Shown one piece after another: positions 25,178 to 37,880 of a stretch of 64,000 nucleotides of DNA; positions within the stretch are counted from its first letter, which is position 1; each line of letters opens with the position of its first letter. Source of the DNA: Phyllobates terribilis (Eukaryota); NCBI RefSeq assembly GCF_046119375.1, contig NW_027362765.1, forward strand, positions 1,178,001-1,242,000, given 5' to 3'. Under the pieces are notes generated by a model, which was not told the origin of the DNA, did not search any database, and worked only from the letters and a program-made list of their open reading frames with translations. A program made the translations under genes and the position numbers.

Positions 25178-25319
25178 CAGTCGGATCAGTCAGCCTGCTG
25201 GAACCTCGCCATTTTATTGTAATTATGGTGATCATCCCCATTTTTTTTAATTTTCCTTTCTCTTTCCTGTTTGCCCGAATGGCCATTACTCCACTCATAA
25301 TAAGTGCTCCCTAGTCCTT

Positions 25320-26280
25320 AGTATGGTCTTTGGAAGGAATAAGTCAGCTAGAGATAGTCGCCATCATGCTGTCCAGAGACCCCCGAGCATTCCCAAGGAA
25401 TAATTGTAAATCATCGGCAAACAATGCCACATTCTCTTCCTTGGTCCCATATTTAAATCCATTTATCTCAGACATTTTACTAATTACTGCCGTAAGAGGT
25501 TCAGTTGCTATTGAAAACAATAAGAGAGACAGGGGGCACCCTTGTCTTGTACCTCTGTGCAACAAAAATCGATTAGCCATAGAGCCATTCGCTCTTATTT
25601 TGGCCTTTGAGTCAGAATAAAGCAATTGCACCCATTATATAAATTTGTCACCAAAGCCCATCTGCCGCAATGTAGCTCACAAATATCGCCATTCTACGCT
25701 GTCAAAGGCCTTAGCTGTGTCCAAAGACAGGATCCCCCTATGACCAATATTATCAGCCCTTGCTTGTATATTAATATAAAGCCTTCTGAGATTGATCGCT
25801 GTGGACTTATTTGGCATAAACCCAGACTGATCGAGGTGTATTATTGAGATTACTTTTGAGAGTCTGTTAGCAAGAAGTTTGACGTCTACTGGTAAAAGAG
25901 GGATGAGTCTATAGGATGCCAGCAAGCTGGGGGTCTTGCCTTGTTTAGGTAACACTGTAATTATGGCTTCGTGCATGGATGTGGCAATGATCCCCCTTTG
26001 AATTGTATACCTCCTATAATACTGGTAGTAATACTTCCTTATATCTCATATACTTCCACTGGAAGACCGTCCATTGCCGGTGCTTTATTGTTGGCCATTG
26101 AGCTCAGTGCCCATTCCAGCTCTTCAATATCAAGTAGTTCGTCTAATAAATTCTGAGAGTCTAAGGAAAGGATCGGGAGCTGAGCTTTATCTAGGAAGGT
26201 CTGGGTATGTTGTTCTGAGGGTTGAAATTGAGAAGTATACAGCTTTTGCATAGTATTCCTCCAACACTTTCAGTATGTCC
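25320..26280 (-). mobile_element. L1-clade ORF2 RT fragment, frameshifted
   Basis: NNKAPAMDGLPVEVY, DQSGFMPNKST, LSLDTAKAFDSVEW, GTRQGCPLS and ALFADDL (ORFs 26039-26251, 25677-25976, 25344-25631). Confidence 0.92.
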
Positions 26281-27630
26281 ACTGTGGACGCCATGTTGCG
26301 TTTGGAGAGCCCCTGATGTGCCTAAACAGTGGAAACCCCCCACAAGTGACCCCATTTTAGAAACTATACCCCTCAGGGAACTTATCTAGATGTGTGGTGA
26401 GCACCTTGAACCAACAGATGCTTCACAGAAGTTTATAACATTGAGCCGTGAAAATAAAATGTTCACATTTTTCCCACAAAAATGTTTTTTCAGCCCCCAC
26501 TTTTGCATTTTCAGGGTAACAGGAGAAATTGCACCATGCAACGTGTTGTGCAATCTCTCCTGAGCAAGAAGATACCCCATATGTGGGGGAAAACGACTGC
26601 TTGGGCGTACGGCAGGGTTCGGAAGGGAAGGAGCGCCATTTGACTTTTTGATGTAAAATTTGCTTGAATAATTAGCGGACGCCATGTTGCGTTTGCAGAG
26701 CCCCTGATGTGCCTAAACAGTGGAAACCCCCCACAAGTGACACCATTTTGGAAACTAGACCCCTCAGGGAACTTATCTAGATGTGTGTTGAGCACCTTTA
26801 ACCCCTAGGTGCTTCACAGAAGTTTATAACATTGAGCCGTAAAAATAAAATTTTCACATTTTTCCCACAAAAATGTTTTTCAGTCCCCAATTTTGCATTT
26901 TCATAAGGGTAACAGGAGAAATTGCACCATGCAGTTTGTTGTGCAATGTCTCCTGAGTAAGTAGATACCCCATATGTGGGGGAAAACTACTGCTTGGGCA
27001 TACGGCAGGGTTCGGAAGAGAAGGAACGCCATTTGACTTTTTGAATGTAAAATTTGCTTGAATAATTAGCGGATGTGCCCCTGATGTGCCTAAACAGTGG
27101 AAAACCCCCACAAGTGATACCATTTTGGAAACTAGACCCCTCAGGGAACTTATCTAGATGTGTGGTGAGCACCCTGAACCCCTAAGTCCTTTACAGAAGT
27201 TTATAACATGGAGCCGTGAAAATAAAAAAAATCAAACTTTTTCCACAAAAATGATGTTTTAGCCTCAATTTTTTATTTTCACAAGGGTAAGAGGAGAAAA
27301 TGGACCCCAAAAACGTTTCTTCAATGTCTCCTGAGTACGCCAATACCCTATATGTGGGGAAAATACAGTGTTTGGGCGCACGGCAGGGTTCAGGAGTGAA
27401 GGAGCACTGTGACTTTTTGAACGCAAAATTGGCTGGAATCGAGAGCGGACGCCATGTCGCGTTTGGAGAGCCCCTGATGTGCCTAAATATTGGAAACCCC
27501 CCACAAGTGACACCATTTTGGAAACTACACTCCTCAAAGATTTTATCAAGGGTTATAGTGAACATTTTGTACCCAGAGGTATGACACAGAATTTGATAAC
27601 ATTAGGTCATCATATTAAATAAGTTGTCAT

Positions 27631-27918
27631 TAGTCTTGAGCGCAAGTGCTCGCTACTTGAGTTTGCATCGGGTACACAGGTATGCACCATGTATCGCGCA
27701 TGCTCGAGTGACATGCTCGAGTCCCCACCCACATGTTTCACGGTTATTAGACACCCAAAAAAAAAACATGCGGGGATCGCTCGTGCATGGCAGGCAATCC
27801 CCGCAAGGATTTTTTGGCCGCGAAGCATATGGGGTGGAGACTCGAGCACCCGCGATACTCAGTGCATACCCAAGTACCCGATGCAAACTCAAGTAGCGAG
27901 CACTTGTGTTCAACACTA
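27631..27918. mobile_element. hAT-family MITE (288 bp)
   Basis: About 44-bp TIRs TAGTCTTGAGCGCAAGTGCTCGCTACTTGAGTTTGCATCGGGTA with 3 mismatches. Flanking 8-mers GTTGTCAT and GTCGCCAT look like a TSD with 2 transitions. Confidence 0.85.
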
Positions 27919-27960
27919 GTCGCCATATCGTCATCTTTTTTTTTTACTTTTGAAAAAATT

Positions 27961-28008
27961 CCCAACCCAACCCTAACCCTAACCCTAATCCTAGCACAAC
28001 CCTAACCC
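27961..28008. repeat. Short degenerate (CCCTAA)n tract
   Basis: CCCAACCCAACCCTAACCCTAACCCTAATCCTAGCACAACCCTAACCC. Confidence 0.8.
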
Positions 28009-29423
28009 GAGAGTTTATTTTTTACGCCGTTCCTCGTGCGGTATGAGTGATTAGACGTCTTTATTCTTCGGGTCGGTGCTATTACAGCGATGCCAGAATC
28101 ATATCGGGTTTTTATGATTGACAGCTGTCAGACACTAAAAGACGCATTTTTTGTAAAATCTAGTTTTTGCATCGCCATATTTTGAGAGCTATAATTTTTC
28201 CATATTTTGGCCGACAGAGTCATGCGATGGCTTGTTTTTTGTGGGATGAGTTGACGTTTTTATCGGTGCCATTTTCAGGCACGTGACATTTTTTGATCGC
28301 TTTCTATTCTGATTTTTGGGAGGCAGAATAAACAAAAACCAACAATTCAGGAATTATTATTTTAAAATTTTTTTATGCTGTTCCGCGTGTGGTAAAATTG
28401 ATAAGGTAGCTTTATTCCTCGGGTCAGTACGTTTACAGCGGTACCACATTTATATCATTTTTCTGTTTTTGACGCTTTTACACAATAAAAGCTATTTTAT
28501 AGAAAAAAACATTTTTTTGCATCGCTTTATTCTGAGAGCTGGAACTTTTTGATTTTTCGGATGATGGAGCTGTATGGCGGCTTGTTTTTTGCGGGACAAC
28601 ATGACATTTTCAGCGGTAACATTTTTATTTATATTCGTCTTTTTGATCGCGTGTTATTCCATTTTTTGTTTGGCTGTATGGTGATAAAGCATTGTTTTTT
28701 GCTTCGTTTTTTATTTATTTTTTTACCTTGTTCACTGAAGGGGCTAACTAGTAGGACAGTTTTATAGGTCAGGTCGTTCCGGACGCGGCGATACCAAATA
28801 TGTGTACTTTTATTGTTTTGTTTTTTTTCATAATATTTATTGATGGGTACATTATTTTTTTTTTATATTTTTACAATTTTTTATTTTTTTTTCACTTTCT
28901 GATACTTTTTTTTACTTTTATACTTTGTCCCACTGTGGGGCTTTCACTTTTTTTTATTCCGATCGCCTGCATAGCACAGGAATGGAGCACCATACCTGTG
29001 CTATGCAGGCTGTCAGCGCTGCACAGGGAGAAGATCGTTTGGTCATGCACTGCGCATGACCAAACTATCTTCCTGCTGTCGTTATCTGACTAGTCTGAGC
29101 CAGGATGGGTAACCTTGTATATTTCCAGCGTGCTTCGAACTAACGATAATATGTCCATATATGTGTTTCCGTAATAATTGCACTAACATTGGCTCAAGCC
29201 TGTAGTACTGTAGTACGGCTGTAGATGATTGGACATTAATAAACTCAAAACAATATAAAATGCTAAGTAGAAATAAACGGGGGCAGAGATTCTTGAATCC
29301 CCCCATACAGAGCTTGCCTCCGTCTGGTTTTCTATTGGATTGCAATCAACCTTATAACATAATAATTTGACACTCACTTGGTCAACTGTGAAGGGACGTT
29401 GGTGCCCTCCCTCAACAATACAA

Positions 29424-30357
29424 GCAGGCAGGAGGATGATGGGGGCCATATACGCAGGGAGGAGGATGATGGGGGCCATACACGCAGGGAGGAGGATGAT
29501 GGGGGCCATACACGCAGGGAGGAGGATGATGGGGGCCATACACGCAGGGAGGTGGATGATGGGGGCCATACATGCAGGGAGGTGGATGATGGGGGCCATA
29601 CACACAGGGAGGTGGATGATGGGGGCCATACACGCAGGGAGGGGGATGATGGGGCCATACACGCAGGGAGGTGGATGATGGGGGCCATACACGCAGGGAG
29701 GGGGATGATGGGGCCATACACGCAGGGAGGTGGATGATGGGGGCCATACACGCTGGGAGGAAAATGATAGAGGCCATACACGCTGGGAGGAAGATGGGGG
29801 CCATACATGCCAGCAGGAGGATGGGGGCCATACATGCCGGGAGGGGAATGGGGGCCATACATGCAGGGAGGAGGAGAATGAGGGCCATACACGCAGGGAA
29901 GAGGAGGATGATAGGGGCCATACACGCCGGAAGGAGGATGGGGGCCATACACGCTGGGAGGAGGATGGGGGCCATACATGCAGGGAGGATGACGGGGGCC
30001 ATACACGCAGGGAGGTGGATGATGGGGACCATACACGCAGGGAGGAGGATGATGGTGGCCATATACACCAGGATGCACTTTATGGGGCACATTCTATTGT
30101 GGGGGCACTATATGACACCATTACACTGTGGAGCAATATGTGAGGCACTTTATAGTATGGTGCACTATATGGGGACATTATACTGTAGTGCACTATATGG
30201 GGCCATTATAGTGTAGGTCACTATATGGGGCCATTATACTGTATAGAGGACTATGTGGACCCATTATACTGTATGGAGGACTATATGGGGCCATTATACT
30301 GTATGGATGACTATAAGGGGCCATTAAACTGTGGGGAACTATATGGGGCCATTATAC
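29424..30357. repeat. About 30-bp minisatellite (GCAGGGAGGAGGATGATGGGGGCCATACAC)n grading into an AT-richer variant (TATGGGGCCATTATACTGTATGGAGGAC)
   Basis: Direct inspection. It explains the repetitive ORFs at 29183-30216. Confidence 0.95.
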
Positions 30358-31306
30358 AGAGGGTTCCGCGACTCTGATGAGCGGTGTAGTTACTGACGCC
30401 ACTACTCATCACAGCCGCTGGGTCTCGTGGAGCACAGTGGCCTCAGAGTGGCTGCTGCTACGGCCTATAAAGCCTCGTTCTCTGAACAAGGCTCCATAGC
30501 CTTTGGACGTCGGATTCGGGGGTCGTCATGGGAACACCATGGACTACGTCGGACCTTTTTTCCATTAGTGGGTTAGTAGTGGGGGTGTCTTATAGACGCC
30601 TCTCCATTACTAACCCCAAGTGTTGATGGCAGCTGTGATTTTTGACAAATCACAGCTGTCATCAACCCCAACTTCCATTACCCTGATTGCCACCACACCA
30701 GGGCAATCAGGAAGAGGCGGACAAAGCACCAGAATTCTCGCATCTAATGTGATGCAACACTTCTGGTGCGGCTGCGGGCTGTTATTTTTAGGCTGGGTAG
30801 GGCCCAATAACCAGGTACCGTTCCAGTCTGATAATATAAACCCACAGCTGTCTGCTTTACCTTGGCTGGTTGCTAATAATAGGCGCTGTTTTTGTCATTT
30901 ATTAGGGTAAACGCCTTTTAGTGCAACATGAAAGGCACTAAAGAGTGCAAGTTTATTATATGGGGCATGTGAAATTTATATATTTACAGGACATTTATCT
31001 ATTCTATCTTATTACACCCTTGCACCTATAGAAGTGGACAGAGCGGGGTCACATATTACACCACTGCTCCCATAGAAGTGGACAGAGCGGGGTCATGTAT
31101 TACACCACATGTGTATTTTTCTGTGTGTATGAGCGTGCATGTGTTTTTTCCTGTGTGTATGAGCATGCATGTGTATTTTTCTGTGTGTAAGCGTGCGTGT
31201 GCATTTTTCTGTGTGTGTGAGCGTGCGTGTGCATTTTTCTGTGTGTGAGAATTTTTCTATTTTCCTGTGTGTATGAGCGCATGTGTATTTGGCTATGTAT
31301 AGTAGA

Positions 31307-32883
31307 TGTTACACACACGCCCGGACTGACTGGCGTGAGTGTGGTTGGTAATGCCACTGGACCATGAATCGAGGAGTGCCTGGAGGGGCGTGACTAAGTA
31401 TCAACTTGGTCCGACCAAGGTCGCACGGCGGCTCAGTCGACTCCGTGAACCAGGGAGGAACCGAGCAGAGGGACCAGGTGCTACTCCAGGTCAGACCCCG
31501 GTCACAGCTGTTTGCCCACACCGGGGAATGCAGGAACAGGCAGGCATGGCTGGTATGCAGACAGATGGGTACTGGCAGGCACGGCTGGTATGCAGACAGG
31601 TGGGTACTGGCAGGCACGGCTGATATGCAGACAGGTGGGTACTGGCAGGCACGGCTGCTATACAGACAGGTGGATACTGGCAGGCACGGCTGCTATGCAG
31701 ACAGATGGGTACTGGCAGGCACGGCTGGTATGCAGACAGGTGGGTACTGGCAGGTAGGAACACAGGCAGGATAGGGACCAGTACAGACTGGGATACAGGA
31801 ACAGAGCCACAGATGCGGCAGACAAGCAGAGCAGAGCAAAACCCGCAGATGCGGTAAATGAGTAGAGCAGAGCAAAACCCACAGGTGCGGTAAACAAGCA
31901 GAGCAGAGCAAAACCCGCAGGTGCGGTAGACAAGCAAAGCAGAGCAAAACCCGCAGGTGCGGTAGACAAGGAGAGCAGAGCAAAACCCGCAAGTGCGGTA
32001 GACAAGCAGAGCAGAGCAAAACCCGCAGGTGCGGTAGACAAGCAGAGCAGAGCAAATCCCACAGGTGCGGTAGACAAGCAGAGCAGAGCAAAACCCGCAG
32101 GTGCGGTAGACAAGCAGAGCAGAGCAAATCCCACAGGTGCGGTAGACAAGCAGAGCAGAGCAAAACCCGCAGGTGCGGTAGACAAGCAGAGCAGAGCAAA
32201 ACCCACAGGTGCGGTAGACAAGCAGAGCAGAGCAAATCCCACAGGTGCGGTAGACAAGCAGAGCAGAGCAAAACCCGCAGGTGCGGTAGACAAGCAGAGC
32301 AGAGCAAATCCCACAGGTGCGGTAGACAAGCAGAGCAGATCAAAACCCGCAGGTGCGGTAGACAAGCAGAGCAGAGCAAAACCCACAGGTGCGGTAGACA
32401 AGCAGAGCAGAGCAAAACCCCCAGGTGCGGTAGACAAGCAGAGCAGAGCAAAACCCACAGGTGCGGTAGACAAGCAGAGCAGAGTAAAACCCGCAGGTGC
32501 GGTAGACAAGCAGAGCAGATACACACAAGGGACTTACAATGAAGTAGCGAGTGGACAAGTAGCGGAAACAGACAAGATACAGGACAGGACCTGGCAACTC
32601 AGTTGCACAGAACACAAAAGTGTTGCTCAAGCACCTCCTACTGGGTGGAGGGGGTTTAAGTATCCAGTGACTCACAACAATAGGCTGGGGACCCATTAGG
32701 AGTGCGCACACAGTAACTACAAGAATCAGGCAGTAACCGCGCCGCCTCCCTAAGCAATCAGACAAGAGACATGCACACAGCAGGCACTGGAGCAAAGTGT
32801 GCAGCCTGGACTGATAGGTAAGATGGCGGTATTGCATGGTGGGAGATGGTAAGCCATGCCAGCACGCCGCCAGGTATGTTACA
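31307..32883 (-). mobile_element. Solo Gypsy-type LTR expanded by internal 35-bp (about 6 copies) and 36-bp (about 19 copies) minisatellites
   Basis: TGTTACA at both ends and a 5-bp TSD GTAGA (31302-31306, 32884-32888). The 35-bp unit spans 31541-31755 and the 36-bp unit GCAGAGCAGAGCAAAACCCGCAGGTGCGGTAGACAA spans 31815-32520. Orientation is inferred. Confidence 0.85.
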
Positions 32884-32939
32884 GTAGAGATCAGATGATC
32901 AAAACTTCAAGTAAAAAATACAGTATAAAGTGAAAAGCT

Positions 32940-33235
32940 ATCTAACCCCTGCATGTGTGATACTCCCCAGACCCGTGTATCTAATCACATCATCATGCAC
33001 GATACTACACAGACCGGTGTATCTAATCCCATCATCATGTGCGATGTTCCCCAGACCGGTGTATCTCATCCCATCATGTGCGTTGTTCCCCAGACCGATG
33101 TATCCAATTCCATCATCATGCGTGATACTCCCTATCGGCCTCCACAGAGTAGAATGCACTCCCCATCGGCCTCCACAGAATAGAATGCACTCCCCATTGG
33201 CCTCCACAGAGTAGAATGCACTGCCCATTGGCCTC
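32940..33235. repeat. Adjacent short tandem repeats (about 41-bp and 31-bp units)
   Basis: GTGTATCTAATCCCATCATCATGTGCGATGTTCCCCAGACC about 5 times, then GGCCTCCACAGAGTAGAATGCACTCCCCATT about 3-4 times. Confidence 0.85.
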
Positions 33236-34060
33236 TATACACTATAATGAACTCATTGTTCTCCCGCTACTCCGGTCTCTGTAGCGAGGGGCCCGCACAT
33301 CTCAGCACAGTGGACTCCATGTAGTGACGTCATCGCCCCCGCTGTCAGTGCCTGCATCAGTGACGTAAGACGCAGAGGGGGATCGATGGGAGCGTCACAC
33401 TCCCTCACTCAACATTGCTTTCAACTGTATCGGCAACAAGTCAATACAGTTCAATTTGTGAGGATGGGCAGGGGAACTGGAGATGGGCCCCTCCCCCTCA
33501 ACCGGCTCACAGGCCCCACATCAGCCACATATGATACACTACATTGAGACCTGTATCTATTCCCAGCGTGTTACTCTAAGCGTATCTAATCATACACGAT
33601 ACACTCCGCATATCTAATCCCAGCTTATGATACAGCTATCAGCACCATCTAACAGAATCGGTGCTGCCAGCTGTCCTTAGTGACACTATACTCGTCAATA
33701 TAACTGGCAGTCACCAACAAAATGGCTCCACACTGTGATCCTAAACTTCATCCTCTCTTATCCTGTTACAAACACCCAGAAGGGGAGGAGAGGAGCGACA
33801 TCACACACAGAAGAGCAGATCCAGCCCCAATTTACTGCAGTCCGTAATGTGAGCTAGTTGTACACTAGGTTTTCATGTCAAATATCAGCAGCTGCTCCCC
33901 TTAGTGTTTAAAAGTGGAAATACCAAACCTTTTAAAATTATTTTTCATATTTTATTTAGTTAAAAACAAATGATAATATTTTTGAAAAAAATTAAAACAT
34001 TAATGCTTTACATTTTTTCAATTGTTGAAAAAAAATGTTTTGATGGCACCTTCCCTTTAA

Positions 34061-36060
34061 AGGATGAACTAATATAGTGTGTGGAGTGATAGTCGGCAGT
34101 AACCACTTCTTGTTTAGTAGATGAAGTTTCTCAGAGGTAAGATGTGTTTCTTGCAGACAAATCAAGGCAGGTTTTTCCATTTGAAGATACTGAAAGATCA
34201 CCTGTTTTTTAACACTAGAAGAAAGACCCCTTACATTCCAGCTATTTGCACTGACCCCGCCATATTTAATGCAGTAGATATGTCGTTTCCAATATCCTAT
34301 CAGCAGAGCATTTCCATTTTACATAGCTTGTAAAGCGCATATTACAAGATTGTCGACAATATAAAACATATCCAAAAAAATAAAAAAGACCTCCCCCTCT
34401 CTATAAAACCCCAACCATAATAGTCAGATATAAAACACCTTTCTCTGGGTGAGAGACTGGGCGAAGTATTTCCATAGCTGTCGCTTTTAAAGTAGAAAAA
34501 ATGGCGGCTCAGTCACTGTTGAACATATGGGAGAATCCCACCTAGAACCTAAGCCCCCTTGTGGGATAATTCAACCCCAATTAGGCAAGAAAAATGTGAT
34601 ATAATCATAATAGAACCTGAAGAAAAAAACAACATTTGTAAAGAACTGTCCAACAAGCAGGGACACACTTCTTCCCATATACTTGCGAATCACTGTGTTT
34701 TTGAAGAATTAGGGTTTGTACCACAGGATCTTCAACTTTTAACATCTCAAATGTGATCCCGGCGTATTTGCCTCTCATTCATATTGAGCCAGTGAAGGGT
34801 TTATGAATCTTGAATAAAGTGCACAGTACCTCGGGCTACCACCCTTAACTTGGCAGGGTATATCATTGAATATCAGGATCTGGAGAAATTTATGGATGCT
34901 TCCCACGCTGCTGGTTCACTGAAAACATCAATTCAGAAAGGTTTATTAAATTGCTGTTTTTATTAAATGCGTTTAAAAGTGACAAGCACTTCTTCAGGAA
35001 ACAACTACATACTGACAAAACTGTGCAAGACAGTGTAAAGGCTTGAGTTTTGAATTAAGGCTCCAAATCAACACATAACTGACTTGTGTCAAAGTTCACT
35101 GGATTGCGTGCATTTCAGTTATATAAAGAAATACCTCCAAAAAAATGTATAACAATTCATATACTACAAACCTATTCGACATGATTTAAAAATAATATAT
35201 ATATATATAAGTTCAAATGTTCGCTAAAATAAATGTATTTATTCACTTATTCTAATAGCAGGAGTTGGGCTAGAACCTATGTCTCTATAGGGAAAACCAC
35301 TGTGTCCTGTGTTCTTTACTCATTAAGCAGCTATGTGTATTTAGGAATTAACAAAAGATTAAAAAGAAAAGCAAATCCAAGGGTAGGAGAAAAGTTTGTA
35401 AAAAACTTGTAGTTCATTGTATGTCAAAAAAAAATCTTGTTTTATTTATTTTATTTAATATGTCTTTTGATGAGCTAAAATGCTCTTATCCGAATTCCTC
35501 TAAATGTTATTTTAGTTTATTATATTTGTTACAGTCCATTTGTCGTGTTTCATATGTCAGAATATTATTTTGTGGCATTATACTGATATGTGTGTCTTTT
35601 ATCAATTACTGTATAATTTTATTAGAAGGAAAATAAATATCATTATAAATTAATTCCACGCTTCCTTTAATTAATTTGTTAAATGAGCACATTATGAGCT
35701 CGTTCTACAGCTTATAGGAGGGTTAAGGTTTCAAGCCTGATTATTAATTTCAGCCAGTTTTCAAAGAATTCAGTAGGAAAGGAGCCTTCTATTTTTTTCA
35801 GGCACACCAATAAGTGGTATATCTTTGAGCCTTGACCTATTTTCAAGATCATCTGTTTCTGCCAGCAGTGCTGATATTTGCTGTTCTGCAAGCCTGTTCT
35901 CATTGCTTTTATCGGCTATCTGGTCCTCAATGGCAATGACTTAGCCTTCCACTGCCCCTGCTCTATTTTCTGCAGTTTGAGTCATATACCTGCTGTCTCA
36001 TCTTTAAGACCACCAAAATGTACATTGAAAGCAGAGAGAGAATTTACAATTTACCACTGC
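34061..36060 (-). mobile_element. Degenerate L1 fragment: ORF1 and start of the ORF2 endonuclease, with an AT-rich interruption
   Basis: ORF1 motifs KKIEGSFPTEFFENWLK..AVERAH (35690-35800) and YSMIYPAKLRVVARGTVHF (34807-34872). APE motif IFQYL..LICLQETHL in ORF 33992-34201. Confidence 0.75.
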
Positions 36061-36589
36061 AATGAAAACATCTTTTAAAGTAGGTTACTCAGGTACCTGT
36101 ATGTCCCATTGGTGCAGGTTAGGCCGTGGAGCAGTGAGTATTGTGCCACATGCAATTTTGTGGTCTTTTCATCCCCTTCAAAGAGGCTGCCTCTCCCATC
36201 TCCTGCACACCCAACTCCTCCACTTGTAGCCCGTGCACAGGTGTGGGGTAGCTGTTATAAGGCCACTGTCACCTGCTGAGACCTGTGTTTCTGTGCAGGC
36301 AAATTGCTACAGCAAGGCCACCACTTCCCTCCTCCTCGTCTCCCCTGCTCAATCTGTCTCCAGCGTGACAACCGTGGTGTCATCTTAGAGCTGAGAACCT
36401 GCTTCTCCCGCAGTCTTTATGTGGCTTTTCCTGGTCATTTTTTTCCCCTGGAGCAAACTACTTCCACACTCAGACAATTAACTGGTAGATGTATGCCGAT
36501 TTTCAAGATGGTCATCAGGTCCTATATTGGATAAATAGCTAGATGCTCGGACGGAGCTCCTACATCTGCTTGTTCACATATGTCGTCAG

Positions 36590-37606
36590 GGTTGTTGCAC
36601 ACAAGTACTGCTGCTTTCTGTGTGAGTGGGATAGTCGTGCAAAAGAATATGGCTACAAAAAAAGGGACTGGCCTCTCCAACATTCACTTGAGCAAGGGAG
36701 TAAACTGTCCTGCATCCAGAAGTCGAGGATCCACCTAGGCAATGGTGGTAACAAAATCTTATCAAGTTGGGCCTGATGAAGAACTTCGTAAAGGCTATGG
36801 ATAAAAAGGTAAAAGCATTCATGAATCTGATTGATAACTTTCCAAGGATAAGTGAAGCAAATATAAAAGAAGGAGTCTTTATTGGACTTCAGATTCGTAA
36901 GCTTCTTCAAGATGAGCAGTTTCTTCATTTGTTCCAGGGCAAGGAAAAGTCTGTATGGTTTACATTTGCATTTGTGGTAACTAACTTTTTGGGAAACTCA
37001 AGAGCAGATACAGTAACTATGAAGAGTTGGTGTTATTTCTACTCAAAACATGTAAGGATCTTGGCTGTAACATGTCCTTAATGATTACAATATAAGAAAT
37101 TAGACTTTTTTTCCACCAAACTGTGGAGTAGTGAGAGACGAGGATGGTGAGAAATGTAACGAAGATATTGCAACTATGGAGAAAAGATATCAAGGAAGAT
37201 GAAATCCATCAATGCTTGCAGATTACTGTTGTATAATTTTAAGAGATGACCCGATACAGGAGTACAAGAAACAAGCAAAAAAACAGTTGTCACTGAATGA
37301 GGACTATTTTGTAGTGCAATTTCTGTAACTGTTTAAATTCGCAATAGGGTTTAGACAGGTTTTAGTTATTTGAATTGTTTCTAAGTTTTCTCTAAATATC
37401 AGAAAATTGGCATAACAAAATATTCTGCATCTGTATATTTATTGAAATAATAATGTTTCAAAGTACTGGAACTTTTATCATTAAATTATATGTAGCAGTA
37501 AAATGAAAAACTCATTGTCCAATTTGAATTCAGGAGGTCAAATTCATTAAGAAATGGCTAAGTTCATAACGGAACCTGACAACTTTTACAAATATGTAAA
37601 ACAGTG
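36590..37606 (+). mobile_element. DNA transposon remnant, probably Chapaev3-type (CMC superfamily)
   Basis: KYCCFLCEWDSRA..DWP, GLMKNFVKAMDK, ISEANIKEGVFIGLQIR, LDFFPPNCG, DIATMEKRYQG and SMLADYC. The right end is ..AAAACAGTG followed by TTA. The family name comes from recalled motifs, not a search. Confidence 0.65.
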
Positions 37607-37880
37607 TTACATGATCTGAAAGGTCCATGAGCTAGATTCTTCAGCTGCTCAGTCAAGACGCGCAGCCTCTGTACAGGTCCCAGTACCTTCCTCTCCTCTT
37701 CAGCACCAATCAGTTAGATAAGTGTGGGGCTTGAGGCGAGATCAATTCTCTCACTGATCAGGAAGGACACTCATTGTTCTCGGTCACAGGAAGCTACCTT
37801 CAGTCTATAGGACGCACTCACTTATTAGCATGATTTTTTCTTGCTAAAAGTGTGTCTTTTCAAGTAAAACATTTTCCACA

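Larger units (their letters stand above)
26285..29080. mobile_element. Non-autonomous DNA element with about 380-390 bp internal tandem repeats (4 copies, 26285-27600); family uncertain, probably piggyBac-type
   Basis: GGACGCCATGTTGCGTTTG..CCCTGATGTGCCTAAACAGTGGAAACCCCC recurs at about 26287, 26677, 27070 and 27447. No coding motif. T-rich repetitive body 28010-29000. Confidence 0.55.

Noticed and set aside
27961-28008. True telomere or chromosome fusion site
   Set aside because: Only a few degenerate hexamers in one orientation, embedded in a TE.
29183-30216. Pro/His-rich or hydrophobic repeat proteins
   Set aside because: Several frames on both strands stay open because of a 30-bp minisatellite; there are no splice or domain signals.
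31658-32526. 277-288 aa Cys/Leu-rich repeat proteins
   Set aside because: These are translations of the 36-bp minisatellite within a TSD-bounded solo LTR.
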